The notes: generated by a model not told the origin, from the letters alone. 64,000 nt of DNA from Giardia intestinalis (GCA_000002435.2 CM018793.1); one strand, 5' to 3'; positions 27,215 through 38,452 are shown, counted from the stretch's first letter. Translations and numbers: made by a program.

Positions 27215-30181
27215 ATGCTCCTCTCTCTTCCTGTCCAACCTCTCAGACTACGGCACCTCAAGAGTCACCAGTTGCTCGTGCAGGTCCAGAAGTACTGGGA
27301 GGCAAAGAAAAAGTCGCGTGCAGATGAAGAGTGCCGGTTCTGCGATGCAGCGCGAGACTCCGCTGAAATTTTAGAACAGGAGCATCTTGAGTCAGATACT
27401 GCACTCCGAGAGTATCAGCGGTATTGCGCCATGACAAGCTCTGTCCACTCTTTAACGACCTGGAACAACAATACCCTCTTGCAGCTTACAACCAAGAATC
27501 ACCCAAATGTGTGGCAGTTTTGTGCTACAGATAGCGCTTCCTATCAAAGCACATGTCTCTACAATGATATATTCAGCTCCTTTTACAGTTCTTTCGCCAT
27601 TTTATTCAATGCTTGCTGTGCACAGGCCTCTGCTGGCACTGGTCCCTTAAACGCCGTTCTTCCTCACAAGAGATTCCTGTTCAAAACTATTCTTGAGCTT
27701 TCTAGCATTATCCGTGACTCCTTTGCATGCTACCTCCCCGATGAGCTTTTGAGCACCGAACTCGCCCGCTGCCTCCACAGCGACGCATTTGATGCTCTGT
27801 TTTCTCTTGTTGACCTTTCGATGATAGAGCTACTACTTGCAATTGACATTGATAGGATTGAACAAGGCGGTCCTTCAGATATGCAAAGCTTTTTGTCCGT
27901 TACTTTTCTCTACACAGATATATCTACCTCTTTGCAACAGCAGCTCTTGAGCATCCACGACAAAGATCCTATCTTCCTTGCTATTCAGCAGGATCTTGCT
28001 GTTCGAACACCACTTTTTCTTGCATATACCTACTGTTCCTTTGCGAAAGCAATGATGACATCAGACAGTCTGCCGTTGGCAGGTACATATGCACAAAAAG
28101 CGTACAGCTTCCTGGAGCGGTTCCCCTCCAAGAACAGTGCACCCACCGCTACGATAGATCCAAATCTGGTATCGCCGCCAGAAGATATCAGATTGTTTGT
28201 CCAGCGCTTGCGGAGTGAGATTAACGAAATCGTAGAAAGGTGTGGCACAACAGAATTAGCGGACGTGCCATCTCCCCCGCCTCTGTCTATAGAGCGTGTT
28301 CGTGAGATGCTGCTGGCAGACGATGCAGACTATGAAGTACTCGAGCACTATCGACTTCTTCTAAGCTGGGATCACGAGAAGAAACGACTTGTATTCACAC
28401 CGCCTATGAAGGACTCCACTGGATCGTTCGACATGGAAGGTGATGACATTGATTTTGAGAGCATGCAAGGAGGCTCTCGGTCTATCCAAAAGGGGCTTGA
28501 CTTAGATAACGAGGACCTTCCAGACTTTAAATCAAACCCCTCCGAGCCCACTGATAAGCAGGAGTCTGCTGGTTTGGATGCAGAAGAGAAAGCTGTGGAG
28601 GACCCATCTTCGGATGCTCATCATTCGGACCGGGCTTCGTCCAAAAGCTCTCAACCATCTATGGTGTACATCGAACATACGCCGACCATGAATGGGCTCT
28701 CAGTGAAAGGAGAGCACTCTCTGGATGTGATGGAGACCCCGTCAATAGAGCTACCCACCCTTGCTATTGAAAAGCCAAGCAAAATACCAACTCCCACCTT
28801 TACGAGCAGTTATGTTGACCGCATGGCCACAGAGGATATTCCTTCGGATCCTACATACAAAACAAAGCTACCTGCACTGGAAGGCATGCCGCTCCCCAGG
28901 TCTATGCCTGCTGTTATCAAGCCAGAGTGCTGCGATAAGCGAGATAACCTCGATCCCTCGCTACCCCTTGATCTCTTGTCAGATAGCTCCAGTTCCTTAC
29001 CATTTAATTACGAATCCAAGCCAACGGAGAGTGATGTCCTAGATGTACCTCCTGCACCAGCTCAGCCTTCAGTAATGTCGACATTTGATCATGGAGATCT
29101 CCATACTCCAGAAGACCAGGAGAAGGTGAGCGCGAAAGAGAGCTCGCAGCATCCTGCTGAAGCGCTACAGTCACACGATTTGCAGGATACACACAAGCCT
29201 TCGGGCGACCCAGAGGAGGCCTCTCACGAGCTCTATCTTGGAGCGCCTTCAGATGTCGTGGCCATTGATCGGGATGCGGTCTTTCCAAACGACTCTCCTT
29301 CTGTTGAGAATTGTCCGCCATCGACAGACAAGCTCTCTGGAGACGATGACCTTGACAGTATGACCACTAAAGACTTGATATGCAGTAACGGTGTACATGA
29401 TTCGTTTGAGCACGATTCTATGGAAGAAAAGGAGCCAGAAGATGATGGCAACAGACCGACAGCTTTACTCGATGAGATTGCAATTGGCATGCAACAATCG
29501 ACGCAGAGCGGATGTTTCATGGATAACTCCTCCAGGATAACTGAACCGGTGCGAGAGACAGAGCTAGAACTAGACATGATCGTCAATGAAATGAATATCG
29601 CGCAGAGTGACGACTCTCTGAAGATAAGCTCACATACCAGCATTCATAGTAGTGGGAATGAGCCTGCAATTTCACGGGTGTCTCCCAGCTTGGTTAAGCC
29701 TGGCTCAGCGGTTACATTATCTGCGCCGCCTAACGTTAATTCATCAACAGTTGCAGTCGATGTCAATGCAGTGTTAGCAGAAAAGATAAACCCAGAGGAG
29801 GCCATGAATGTAGCCGCGCCGGTGTTTATGGCAAACATGCGCTCCACTTCATTAGGGCCCACGTCAACCTTGATAGAGAACGCGCTGTCGTACTGCGAAG
29901 AGGTTTCCCTTCACCACTCTGTCACTTCGAGCAACGTTAACAATATAGTTCTTTCCATTGGTTCTGGTGCCAGTTTCTCCACGTCTGCTGATTCTATTAA
30001 GAAGTTTCTGTCTGATTCTCAGACAAGCCTGGGGATGAATCAATCCGTCTCTCTTGGTCACAGTTACATTGACAAAGCACGCATACGCACAAGACTTCGT
30101 CTTCTACAATCGCGTGCCGAGCGAGCAATTCTCATTGCCCTGCTAATTACCTTTGTAATAGCAATAGTATGCACACTATAA
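27215..30181 (+). CDS. Hypothetical 988-aa Ser/Asp-rich protein with a C-terminal tail anchor.
   Basis: Start 'atctaaaaaATG'. C-terminus 'AILIALLITFVIAIVCTL' is hydrophobic. Confidence 0.6.
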   Translation: MLLSLPVQPLRLRHLKSHQLLVQVQKYWEAKKKSRADEECRFCDAARDSAEILEQEHLESDTALREYQRYCAMTSSVHSLTTWNNNTLLQLTTKNHPNVWQFCATDSASYQSTCLYNDIFSSFYSSFAILFNACCAQASAGTGPLNAVLPHKRFLFKTILELSSIIRDSFACYLPDELLSTELARCLHSDAFDALFSLVDLSMIELLLAIDIDRIEQGGPSDMQSFLSVTFLYTDISTSLQQQLLSIHDKDPIFLAIQQDLAVRTPLFLAYTYCSFAKAMMTSDSLPLAGTYAQKAYSFLERFPSKNSAPTATIDPNLVSPPEDIRLFVQRLRSEINEIVERCGTTELADVPSPPPLSIERVREMLLADDADYEVLEHYRLLLSWDHEKKRLVFTPPMKDSTGSFDMEGDDIDFESMQGGSRSIQKGLDLDNEDLPDFKSNPSEPTDKQESAGLDAEEKAVEDPSSDAHHSDRASSKSSQPSMVYIEHTPTMNGLSVKGEHSLDVMETPSIELPTLAIEKPSKIPTPTFTSSYVDRMATEDIPSDPTYKTKLPALEGMPLPRSMPAVIKPECCDKRDNLDPSLPLDLLSDSSSSLPFNYESKPTESDVLDVPPAPAQPSVMSTFDHGDLHTPEDQEKVSAKESSQHPAEALQSHDLQDTHKPSGDPEEASHELYLGAPSDVVAIDRDAVFPNDSPSVENCPPSTDKLSGDDDLDSMTTKDLICSNGVHDSFEHDSMEEKEPEDDGNRPTALLDEIAIGMQQSTQSGCFMDNSSRITEPVRETELELDMIVNEMNIAQSDDSLKISSHTSIHSSGNEPAISRVSPSLVKPGSAVTLSAPPNVNSSTVAVDVNAVLAEKINPEEAMNVAAPVFMANMRSTSLGPTSTLIENALSYCEEVSLHHSVTSSNVNNIVLSIGSGASFSTSADSIKKFLSDSQTSLGMNQSVSLGHSYIDKARIRTRLRLLQSRAERAILIALLITFVIAIVCTL

Positions 30182-30223
30182 TCGTGATTGTAAATCGCCC
30201 CGTTCACACTAAAAGCTGGCTCC

Positions 30224-32332
30224 CTACTCGCCAGAAAAGGTGAAGGCCCCCACTTGCACATGGCCTCGACCTTCGGGAACGTAATGGAGAATGGGAATCC
30301 CATTCTCAAGCCTGTCAAAGTAGTAGAAGCCCCACCTTTCCAGCTGCAGAGTCTCCTTCGGCTTGACGTATTGTAGTATATTCCCCTGGACGTATGCATC
30401 GAACGTCTTGAAGGAACTCTTGTTAACGAAGTCTCTGAAGTCGTCATCAGGCCCAAGAATGTCCTTGGTTATTAGGTGACCGAAGTAGCACGTCCGCACA
30501 CGCTTCACTGTCCTTGACTTCCCGACCCACGTGATCTTCAAGGTGCCTGAGTAGTCTGTATCCTCAGGAACATGCCTTAGGGCCAGTGTCTGGGCGCCGT
30601 AGTCAACGGCCTCGATCTGCATGTTACCCCACGTCATAAGAGTGAGTTTATCGCCGACCTTCAAGCCCTGGTCCTCCATCTGCTTAAAGTCCGAAGAGTC
30701 GATGAGAACCTCGGGACGATAGAGGACCTGCTTTGTGCCCAAGTCTGCATTCTTTGCATGCAGTGGGACATCCCGCAGCGCGTAGAACGCATGCTTCGGC
30801 GTGAAGTTCACGATTCGGGCAGTGACAGCGTCATCTGAGTGGACGGCGTGGAACCTCTTAGCAATGGGCTCTATGAATTGCTTATTCACGGCCCAGATCT
30901 TCGACCACTCCTGATAGTTGTTGCGGCGCGACGGGCCCTGATCCAATATGAACTTCCGCAAGGCATCGGGGCGCAGTCCTCTGCGCATGAGACCCTGGAC
31001 GGTGGGAAAACGCGGATCGAACCAGCCTTCCACGAGTCCTTCCTCCACAAACCACTGCAGATGACGCTTGCTCATGATACTGTATTGCATACGAAGACGC
31101 GAGAAATCGTATAGCTCAGGCTTGCGTAGGCCTAGCTTATCGCAGAACCACCAGTACTGGTTGTTTCTATCTAGAAACTCCGTGGTGCGAAGGGCGTGCG
31201 TGATTCCTTCCACAGAGTCGACAATCGGACACGCAAAGTCATAGGTTGGATAGACCTTGTATTTTGTCCCGGTCCTGTGGTGCTCGTCCTTGACGTTCAC
31301 CCTGTAGATCACTGGGTCGCGCATGCACTTGTTAGGATCGTCGATGGATATCTTTGCCCGCAAGCACGTCAACTGGCCTTCCTCGCTGCCCTTTTTCATC
31401 TCCTCCCACAGACGGAGAGACTCTCCAACAGCTGTATCACGAAAGTCGGATGCAACTCCATCAAATCGCCTCTTCTGCATCTCTTCTGACGGGGTTTTGT
31501 CGCAGTACGCCAGCCCGTCGAGAATGAGCTTCTCCGCCAACTGGAGCATCAAGTCAAAGTGGTCAGAAGTATAGGAAAAGGAATCGAAGTCGAGCTGCAG
31601 AGACTTCATATCACGCTTCAAATTTTCGACAAACTCCGGGTTTTCGCGCCCGGGATTAGTGTCGTCCATGCGAAAGTGCAGGCGACCCTTATATGCGCGA
31701 GCAAAGTAATGATTGAGCATGGCCGCCTTTGCGTGACCAATGTGCAGGTACCCGGACGGCTCGGGCGGGAAGCGAGTGCAGACCTTTCCGAGCTCCGCGT
31801 TGTTAAGCACAGGCCCGTCTTTCGGCAGAAGAGACCGGGTGTAGTTCTTCACAGCCATGCTTGTCTGCCCGCGGGCAACCTTAAGGGCAACATCTGAAGC
31901 GTATGCCTCAAGCAGAGAAGCTGTCCTAGGGTGTCCGGCGAGGACATCAGCGTGAGGAGCGCCGACGATGATATAGTCAAGCTCCTTGTGTCCTGTTGAG
32001 ACAGGCGTATCCTGCGCTATTGCAGAGACTATCGTCTCTAGCATATCGGGCTGCGCTGGCTGGTCGATTAAATAGAGAAGAGGAAGAACGGCGGTAGAAA
32101 TAAGCATCTCGACCTCAACAGGCATAGACGGCCAAAGGATCCTAAAAAGCTCCAGATAGCCCGTCGTGAGGACGCCGTCGGGCGCCTTGTACGTTGGTTC
32201 GGTCAAATCGGCCTCAGCAACGTAGTTTGCGTGGACGCCCCCCACGTAGGCCAGGAGAGCTAGTGACACGGGGGCCCGATCGGCGCGAAACGTGATGGTT
32301 GCGGCTGGTGTCTTGTCCTTCTTCGCGCACAT
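30224..32332 (-). CDS. QARS: Glutaminyl-tRNA synthetase (class I) with a eukaryote-type N-terminal extension.
   Basis: 'TRFPPEPSGYLHIGHAKAAMLNHYFA' versus the E. coli GlnRS 'TRFPPEPNGYLHIGHAKS' HIGH region. 'MSKR' KMSKS-like motif. Start 'gtaaataaaaATG'. Confidence 0.9.
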   Translation of the reverse strand: MCAKKDKTPAATITFRADRAPVSLALLAYVGGVHANYVAEADLTEPTYKAPDGVLTTGYLELFRILWPSMPVEVEMLISTAVLPLLYLIDQPAQPDMLETIVSAIAQDTPVSTGHKELDYIIVGAPHADVLAGHPRTASLLEAYASDVALKVARGQTSMAVKNYTRSLLPKDGPVLNNAELGKVCTRFPPEPSGYLHIGHAKAAMLNHYFARAYKGRLHFRMDDTNPGRENPEFVENLKRDMKSLQLDFDSFSYTSDHFDLMLQLAEKLILDGLAYCDKTPSEEMQKRRFDGVASDFRDTAVGESLRLWEEMKKGSEEGQLTCLRAKISIDDPNKCMRDPVIYRVNVKDEHHRTGTKYKVYPTYDFACPIVDSVEGITHALRTTEFLDRNNQYWWFCDKLGLRKPELYDFSRLRMQYSIMSKRHLQWFVEEGLVEGWFDPRFPTVQGLMRRGLRPDALRKFILDQGPSRRNNYQEWSKIWAVNKQFIEPIAKRFHAVHSDDAVTARIVNFTPKHAFYALRDVPLHAKNADLGTKQVLYRPEVLIDSSDFKQMEDQGLKVGDKLTLMTWGNMQIEAVDYGAQTLALRHVPEDTDYSGTLKITWVGKSRTVKRVRTCYFGHLITKDILGPDDDFRDFVNKSSFKTFDAYVQGNILQYVKPKETLQLERWGFYYFDRLENGIPILHYVPEGRGHVQVGAFTFSGE

Positions 32333-32365
32333 TTTTATTTACTAGGGAACAGCAGTGCGGGTGCA

Positions 32366-33898
32366 TCAGAGCTTGTTTGCTACAAGGTACTTGGCTGTGG
32401 AGACGAGCCGTCGATAGTCTTTGACCACCTTGTTGATGGCCTTCAGGAAGTCGGCCTCGGAGATCAGACGTCTTTTATCACGCAAACAGTACATGCCTGC
32501 CTCTGTACATATTGAGCGTATCTCGGCTCCGCTGGCGTTGGGGCTGAGGCGCGCAAGAAGCTTGACGCGGATGTTCTTTTCTACGCTCATCTTCCGGAGG
32601 TAGATCTCGTATATTTCTTCACGGCCCTTCTGGTCCGGCAAGCCAAACTCTATCTTCTTATCAATTCTCCCTGGACGCGTCAGTGCAGCATCCAGGATGT
32701 CTGGCCTGTTGCTCGCCATGATCACCTTCACATTTCCCCTCTGCTTGAACCCGTCCAGCTGCGTGATTAGCTCAAGCATCGTCCTCTGTACCCCAGTGTC
32801 TCCTGTCTCACTTGCATTAACTGATCTCTTCAGCCCCCACGAATCTACTTCGTCAAAGAAGAGGATCGCTGACTTCTTTGTCCTCGCCAAGCTGAAGATC
32901 TCACGAACTAGTCGTGCTCCCTCGCTGGAGTATTTCGAGATGAGCTCCGAGCCCAGAATACGAATGAAAGTGGACTCTGTACGGTTGGCCACTGCACGGG
33001 CTGTGAGGGTCTTGCCGCTGCCCGGAGAGCCGTAGAACAAGAGGCCCTTGCAAGGCTCTATGCCCAGGTTTGTGAATCTCTGAGGATGGAGCAGCGGAAG
33101 CTCTAGAGACTCGCGTATCAGCTTCAGCTGCTTAGCGCAACCGCCAATGTCTCTGTACGTTAGGTTAGGTCTATCATCAACCTGCATAAGGGAAACAAGA
33201 GGGTCAATCAAAGGCGGCAGAGGAAAACGGATGGCATACTTGGAGCGGTCGCAGGCCACGCGCATGCCCTCCTCAAGGTCTGCTGGCGCTATGTTTTCAT
33301 CTTTGCTGACAACGTAGTTGAGGTGCCCAAAAAGATCGATGCATGCACGCCACACAGGCTGTGTGCCCCCAAACCGCCTTGACTGGTCGGAAAAGAGCTG
33401 AGGAACCCCCAGGTCGCCTCCGTCAAGCGTGTGCAGATCAGCGGAGGCGGATGTGTCAGAGTCAGGGGGTCTGGGGATCTTGCTCGCCGCTTCCTGAAGT
33501 GCAGCCCCTGGGTCATGCGAAGAGGCAGGTCCGCCTTGCTGTGGAGCGACTCCGGTAGGTGTTATAACTGTGTTGTCATAGCCCAGTATGTTGGTAATTG
33601 TTGCTATTTGCAATGCCATGAAGTTGCGTACAATCGCTGCATCTCCCTCAATGTCCCATTGGCTTGGAGGCGCTAGGCCACAGTCAAGATCCTCGAGGCC
33701 GGAGTTTGTCTTAATGGTGTTGGCTAGGCGCGTTATGGACGTCTCTAGCTTTTCCAGCTCAGATGAATAGGGCCCCTTCCCGATCTGTTTGAGAAGGTCC
33801 AACTCGCTCTGATCGAGAGTTGGCATATTGGCTACAAACTCATCCATATCCGATTCTGTGTCGTCTCTGTATCGCCTCTTCTGGGCCTGTGGGGGCAT
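32366..33898 (-). CDS. RPT1: 26S proteasome regulatory AAA-ATPase subunit (Rpt1 / PSMC2-like).
   Basis: Walker A 'GSPGSGKTL'. Long colinear match to the PSMC2 pattern 'ARAVANRT..FIR..GSEL..KY..EGAR.VRE.F..ARTKK...FFDE.D...VQRTMLEL..QLDGF..RGN.KV.MA.NRPD.LD.AL.RPGR.D.KIEF.LPD'. Start 'caataaaaaaatatcATG'. Confidence 0.85.
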   Translation of the reverse strand: MPPQAQKRRYRDDTESDMDEFVANMPTLDQSELDLLKQIGKGPYSSELEKLETSITRLANTIKTNSGLEDLDCGLAPPSQWDIEGDAAIVRNFMALQIATITNILGYDNTVITPTGVAPQQGGPASSHDPGAALQEAASKIPRPPDSDTSASADLHTLDGGDLGVPQLFSDQSRRFGGTQPVWRACIDLFGHLNYVVSKDENIAPADLEEGMRVACDRSKYAIRFPLPPLIDPLVSLMQVDDRPNLTYRDIGGCAKQLKLIRESLELPLLHPQRFTNLGIEPCKGLLFYGSPGSGKTLTARAVANRTESTFIRILGSELISKYSSEGARLVREIFSLARTKKSAILFFDEVDSWGLKRSVNASETGDTGVQRTMLELITQLDGFKQRGNVKVIMASNRPDILDAALTRPGRIDKKIEFGLPDQKGREEIYEIYLRKMSVEKNIRVKLLARLSPNASGAEIRSICTEAGMYCLRDKRRLISEADFLKAINKVVKDYRRLVSTAKYLVANKL

Positions 33899-34031
33899 GA
33901 TATTTTTTTATTGTTGGTTCCATCGGGATCTACAGTTCTTGACATGGAACTTTTGCACCATGCACAAAGCGTGCCAGTGTGTTAGGACCCGAAAAATAAA
34001 TTCCATCTGCGTTGAAAATTCAGAACCCCTT

Positions 34032-36605
34032 ATGTCTCTAACGGCCGTAAGCGATCTTCTTAAGGAAAGCGATGCCATGCTGGATGAGGTCCTGCGGATC
34101 AGAACCATTATTCAGCAGTCCAAAGACGCGTCTGCAGCAGAGCTTCTACGCCGCGTTCGCTATGAGGCGGCAGCCGCCCAGTTCATTCCCTCAGATACCA
34201 TAACCACGCAGCAACTGGAGGAAAATGCTAGGCTCTTGAAGGAGCAAGCGGAGGTCTCCAGTGACGCCTTTGATGATCTTAGGCTCACAGATGAGGAGGT
34301 GCACCAATTTGAGCTTGAGCTTCAGGAGAGAGCAGCAGAGGGCATCGATAAAGTTCCGAAGAGCAATCCTACCGGTGGACCGCCTAAACCCGGCTCTCGG
34401 CGTGGCCAACGAAATGTGAAGGGGTCTTCGGGTAAGCCACATCTCCAGGGTAAGTCCCGGGGTAGTGATCGCCTCCAGAAAGGGACTAGCCAGCCTCAGG
34501 GACCGTCCCGTGTACTAAGCGCTGATAGCTCCATGTCAGCAGAGCAAAGCGATTCGTCGCACAACTGTGGAGACTCAGCAGTTCTTCTCTCTGTCATTCT
34601 GCAAGAAGGCACCTCTTATGCACCAGAGAACCCTGACGGGGACCGCTGTGATGCAAACAGCGGAGTGCTCTCAGAGACGCAGGATCTTGATGAGATGCTT
34701 GACGGCCTTCTGGAGTACCACGAGAAACTGGAAAACGACCGTGTGGACGGGTGTCGGGGTCGGGTTTTCCAGACAGAATTGCCAACCATCCTGGAGTCTC
34801 AGACATCGTCCCCAGGCGCTTCCCAGTACACTGCATCTGAGGCATCCCTTCTTCCAGATCCAACATACAACCCCAATAACATCTACAATCCGAACTTTAC
34901 AGTACTATTAACTGAAAAAGAAAACGACAAAGTTGAGAAACTTTTGGCAGAGGATCTCCCCACTGAAAATGCGTTTCGGCTTTCAAACGAAGACATCCGC
35001 CGCGATGCCGAGATATGCGCACAGCTGTCCATGCTTGTTCCGCTGGACCGTAGCGACATGATCTATGCCCCAACCTTCACAACAGAAGCCTCTGCCGACG
35101 AAACCGTAGAGACGGCCTCTAAGCGGCCATCACGTCCTTACACGCACAACTCGTCCTCAACGCTCGTGACTTTGTCAGAGCCTTCCCATATGACGGAGCG
35201 AGGGCGGGAACTTTGGGCCAAGCATACCAGAGGCCTGTCACTGGGCGAGCCACTGGACATCTTTGTTCCTCGCCTCAAGTCTGGAGTCCCTGACTATTTG
35301 AAGGAGCAGCGGCGAGACAACATCTTGGTCCAATATTACTCTGCGATTTCACAGTGCTTGAACGAGCTTAAAAAAGACAGAAGCCTCATCCACATGACAG
35401 GAGAGAGAGTGAAAGAACTCCTCACGGACTTCTATATGACCCCAACAAACTTTGAACTAGTAGGAGACCTCCACAAAGCCATGGATAGTGTTGCGTCGAG
35501 CTCTCTTCCCTTGCGCAGTATAGGAGACGATGAGACCCCCCTAACACCTCAACTCATCCAGAAACCTGAAGACCTTGTACGGAACATCCTTCCTCCAGAA
35601 GATCGTGAAAAGCTAGACGACATTCTCTCAAGGGTGCGTAGCGATGCGTTGGAAGTTATTGAAACAGATGAGTATTACAAAGATCTGGATCTGACGGAGT
35701 ATATTAAGACGGCCACGGCTTTGCAGGACTTGAATGCCGATCCTGAATCCTCTCCTAAAAGCTACACAGCATATTCACGTGCACTAGATGTTGATGATAA
35801 TCCAGGGATACAGGATCCACTTCTTCTTAAGATCTACCGTGAGAGGCAGGCCGCTGCTCAAAACGCCGATAATATCGAGAACAGCAGCTGCGACTACAGC
35901 AGCATCAGTGATGATTATGATTTCGAAGATTATAAATCTAACCAACTTCTAACAGACCAAGAAATTAAGCGCGAGACCAAGAAGTTATTAGATGGAAAAG
36001 ATCAGGAGGGAGGGAAGTTGTATACGATATTGCAAGACGGAACAGGCCTAAACACCGAAGTAATGTCAGGGGCTGCAGGCCCTACCATAGCCCACTTCTC
36101 TCTGCACCAGGGCACTGACGTCAGCACTGCAGGGCTGGGAGGCACAACGGCAACATCTGAGGCAACTGATAGGACTGCCAACAAGACCAAGATCAAAACC
36201 AAAAAGCAGCTCACGAACACTGAACTGTTGGCCAAAAAGAGCAAAAATCTTAGCAACAAGTTCCAAGAGATAATAAACCGTTCTAAGCCATCAGAGATGA
36301 CTGCAGAGCTTAACCGCGTCTACGAGGATCTCCAGCCAGATGACGTAGACAAGATCCTTTCGGGTCCACAGGCCAATCAGCATATCCAGACACTCAAAAG
36401 GCAAGGGATAGCTTTACTGGATCTAGAGCCGGTCGGCACGGAGTGTTCAGGTCAGTCGATGACGACCCAGAACACGTCTGCATCGTCAACTGTGCTTGGA
36501 GCCTCATCTGGAAGAAGCTCTGCCAAGCCTGTCCTGGCAAAGTCGGGCACAAAGGCGTCGTCTTCAAAAGTTCATAGCAGAATTCCGCAAATACAAGATC
36601 ACTAG
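34032..36605 (+). CDS. Hypothetical 857-aa protein (trimmed from 33828 to 'MSLTAVSD', which has an AT-rich 'gaaaaataaattcc...gaaaattcag' element upstream).
   Basis: The longer ORF would overlap the start of the Rpt1 gene. Acidic, Ser/Thr-rich. Confidence 0.5.
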   Translation: MSLTAVSDLLKESDAMLDEVLRIRTIIQQSKDASAAELLRRVRYEAAAAQFIPSDTITTQQLEENARLLKEQAEVSSDAFDDLRLTDEEVHQFELELQERAAEGIDKVPKSNPTGGPPKPGSRRGQRNVKGSSGKPHLQGKSRGSDRLQKGTSQPQGPSRVLSADSSMSAEQSDSSHNCGDSAVLLSVILQEGTSYAPENPDGDRCDANSGVLSETQDLDEMLDGLLEYHEKLENDRVDGCRGRVFQTELPTILESQTSSPGASQYTASEASLLPDPTYNPNNIYNPNFTVLLTEKENDKVEKLLAEDLPTENAFRLSNEDIRRDAEICAQLSMLVPLDRSDMIYAPTFTTEASADETVETASKRPSRPYTHNSSSTLVTLSEPSHMTERGRELWAKHTRGLSLGEPLDIFVPRLKSGVPDYLKEQRRDNILVQYYSAISQCLNELKKDRSLIHMTGERVKELLTDFYMTPTNFELVGDLHKAMDSVASSSLPLRSIGDDETPLTPQLIQKPEDLVRNILPPEDREKLDDILSRVRSDALEVIETDEYYKDLDLTEYIKTATALQDLNADPESSPKSYTAYSRALDVDDNPGIQDPLLLKIYRERQAAAQNADNIENSSCDYSSISDDYDFEDYKSNQLLTDQEIKRETKKLLDGKDQEGGKLYTILQDGTGLNTEVMSGAAGPTIAHFSLHQGTDVSTAGLGGTTATSEATDRTANKTKIKTKKQLTNTELLAKKSKNLSNKFQEIINRSKPSEMTAELNRVYEDLQPDDVDKILSGPQANQHIQTLKRQGIALLDLEPVGTECSGQSMTTQNTSASSTVLGASSGRSSAKPVLAKSGTKASSSKVHSRIPQIQDH

Positions 36606-36625
36606 AGGCTAGCGCGTGTCTACTA

Positions 36626-37753
36626 CTACTTCTTCATGCCAAGAACTCGGAGTATCGCGTCATCTCCCCCCACAACCGTGACCTTGGCCTCCTCATTGAT
36701 TCCTATCTTATTAATCCCACCTCTGCACACAGGAACCCTAAGGACTACCTCTTCTAGTTCATTGTTCCAGATCGTGAGTGTTCCGTCAGAGTGCCCGCAA
36801 TATATCAAGAAGGTTTTCTCCACGAATCGATGCGCAATAGACATGATTGGAACCTTATCAGTAATGGTTACATGGTTGAGTTTAGAGATATCTCCTTCAT
36901 AGTTTTCATAAATAGCGAGAGTTCCATCTGAGTGGCCTACGAAGAGAAGATCATCGTCGGCAGTGAATGCAGTGACTCGCCCGCAATTGTTACTTGGAAA
37001 TGCTAAGTAGTCGGAGCAAGAAGAGGCAACCGCTGCTGCATCAGTCGACCCCCCTGGATTGACAAAGATAGTCTGACCATCGGCGCCACCGAAAACACAC
37101 ATGCTACCGAATGGATAGCACGCAATGACAGATTGTGTAAAGGCCTTCTTCTTCCAGAGGATGTCTCCGTTGCTCTTGTCGAGGACGAAGATACCTCCGT
37201 CTCGGGCGCCTATGCCCACATACTTTCCCCCAAAAATGCAGCAGGTCATTAGATTGGGCGCCGCCTTCATCTTTGGCAGGACAGACGTTTGCCAAACGAG
37301 CCTTGTTTGGTGCATGAGGCAGACCGTTGCATGGGACCCTCCGAAGACACTCTCTTGGGTTTCCCTGTCGAAGAACCCGTTGGCGATCGATCCCATCTGA
37401 ACCTGTTCCGTCCCCTTTGCGCCACCCTTCGCCCACGAGATGACACGCCCGTCCAGGCCTGCGCTGAGAATGTCGCCCGACCGGAGAATCGCAACAAAGG
37501 TGACCCACTCCACGTGACCGCCCTGCTTAAACAGTGTCCTGACGTGCTTCCCGTTGGGCAGGGTAAATACACGGATACTGTGATCTCCAGAAGCGCTGGC
37601 AACAAGCCATGGATCGGTACCATAGTTGTGCTGCTCCCAGTGAAAGTCGAAGAGGGCCCCATGACCCTCGTCGTGACCCCTGCATTCCAAAACGTGGGTG
37701 AAGAAGGGGTTCTGCGGCATGTCAACGCGGACAGTCTCAAAGCCCCCACTCAT
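36626..37753 (-). CDS. WD40-repeat protein.
   Basis: Recurrent beta-propeller-like 'GH.D...IW' / 'G..DG...W' blades. Start 'aaaagtaaaaaaATG'. Confidence 0.6.
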   Translation of the reverse strand: MSGGFETVRVDMPQNPFFTHVLECRGHDEGHGALFDFHWEQHNYGTDPWLVASASGDHSIRVFTLPNGKHVRTLFKQGGHVEWVTFVAILRSGDILSAGLDGRVISWAKGGAKGTEQVQMGSIANGFFDRETQESVFGGSHATVCLMHQTRLVWQTSVLPKMKAAPNLMTCCIFGGKYVGIGARDGGIFVLDKSNGDILWKKKAFTQSVIACYPFGSMCVFGGADGQTIFVNPGGSTDAAAVASSCSDYLAFPSNNCGRVTAFTADDDLLFVGHSDGTLAIYENYEGDISKLNHVTITDKVPIMSIAHRFVEKTFLIYCGHSDGTLTIWNNELEEVVLRVPVCRGGINKIGINEEAKVTVVGGDDAILRVLGMKK

Positions 37754-37792
37754 TTTTTACTTTTGTCCATCACTCTGCTCTACGCCTCTGAC

Positions 37793-38452
37793 TTACTCCT
37801 CCCGTCCAGAAATGGCCATGAGGATAATCATTCCGAAAAGCAGAACCTTCGCCCATTTGTGCTCTTGTAAAAGAATCGTCATGTATCCCAGGCCCGGAAG
37901 ATTGATTAGCATTTTCCCGACCAACTCATACGGCTCAAGGTACACTCTCCCCGTAGTATAAAGGAACGTGTCCTTGACTTTGTTTGCGTCTCCCTTTGTG
38001 ATGAATGCCAGTCTGCGACAGGGACTGGGCAGTGCTGGAGGGTTTGCAGCTTTTGCAATACTGGAAGGACCGTGATGCAACACGACTCCAGTAGCGTCTA
38101 CTACAGTGCTATTCACGTCACAAGGAAAGTCGTTGTCGATAATGACACGTCTCTCGGTAACTCTGTGGGATATCGGGATAGCCCTATGCATCAGCGAATA
38201 CCCCACGATGTCTCCGACTTCTATTCCCAGATTGTGGTTGGTGCTCTTAATTGCTGAGATGTCTCCTCGCATGAACCCGGGCACCATGGACCCCGTCAGA
38301 ACTACTATGCCCGGCATATCGTTGTTTAGAAAAAGCTTGAGGAGGTTCCAGTGCATGTAAGCTGTGCATATGGAAAGGACGAACTTCAGTATGTAGTAAA
38401 GAACGTCGAAAACAGAGAGCGAGCGCACGCGCTGGAGGGTCTTGGAGAGCAT
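37793..38452 (-). CDS. SEC11: Signal peptidase complex catalytic subunit (SEC11-like, S26 family).
   Basis: 'VVLTGSMVPGFMRGDI' versus the SEC11 'VVLSGSMEPAF.RGD' Ser box. 'ITKGDANKVKD' resembles the 'TKGDNN..DD' box. N-terminal TM. Confidence 0.75.
   Translation of the reverse strand: MLSKTLQRVRSLSVFDVLYYILKFVLSICTAYMHWNLLKLFLNNDMPGIVVLTGSMVPGFMRGDISAIKSTNHNLGIEVGDIVGYSLMHRAIPISHRVTERRVIIDNDFPCDVNSTVVDATGVVLHHGPSSIAKAANPPALPSPCRRLAFITKGDANKVKDTFLYTTGRVYLEPYELVGKMLINLPGLGYMTILLQEHKWAKVLLFGMIILMAISGREE

Noticed and set aside
33828-34031. First 68 codons of ORF 33828..36605.
   Set aside because: Overlaps the 5' end of the Rpt1 gene. An internal Met has a better AT-rich initiator.
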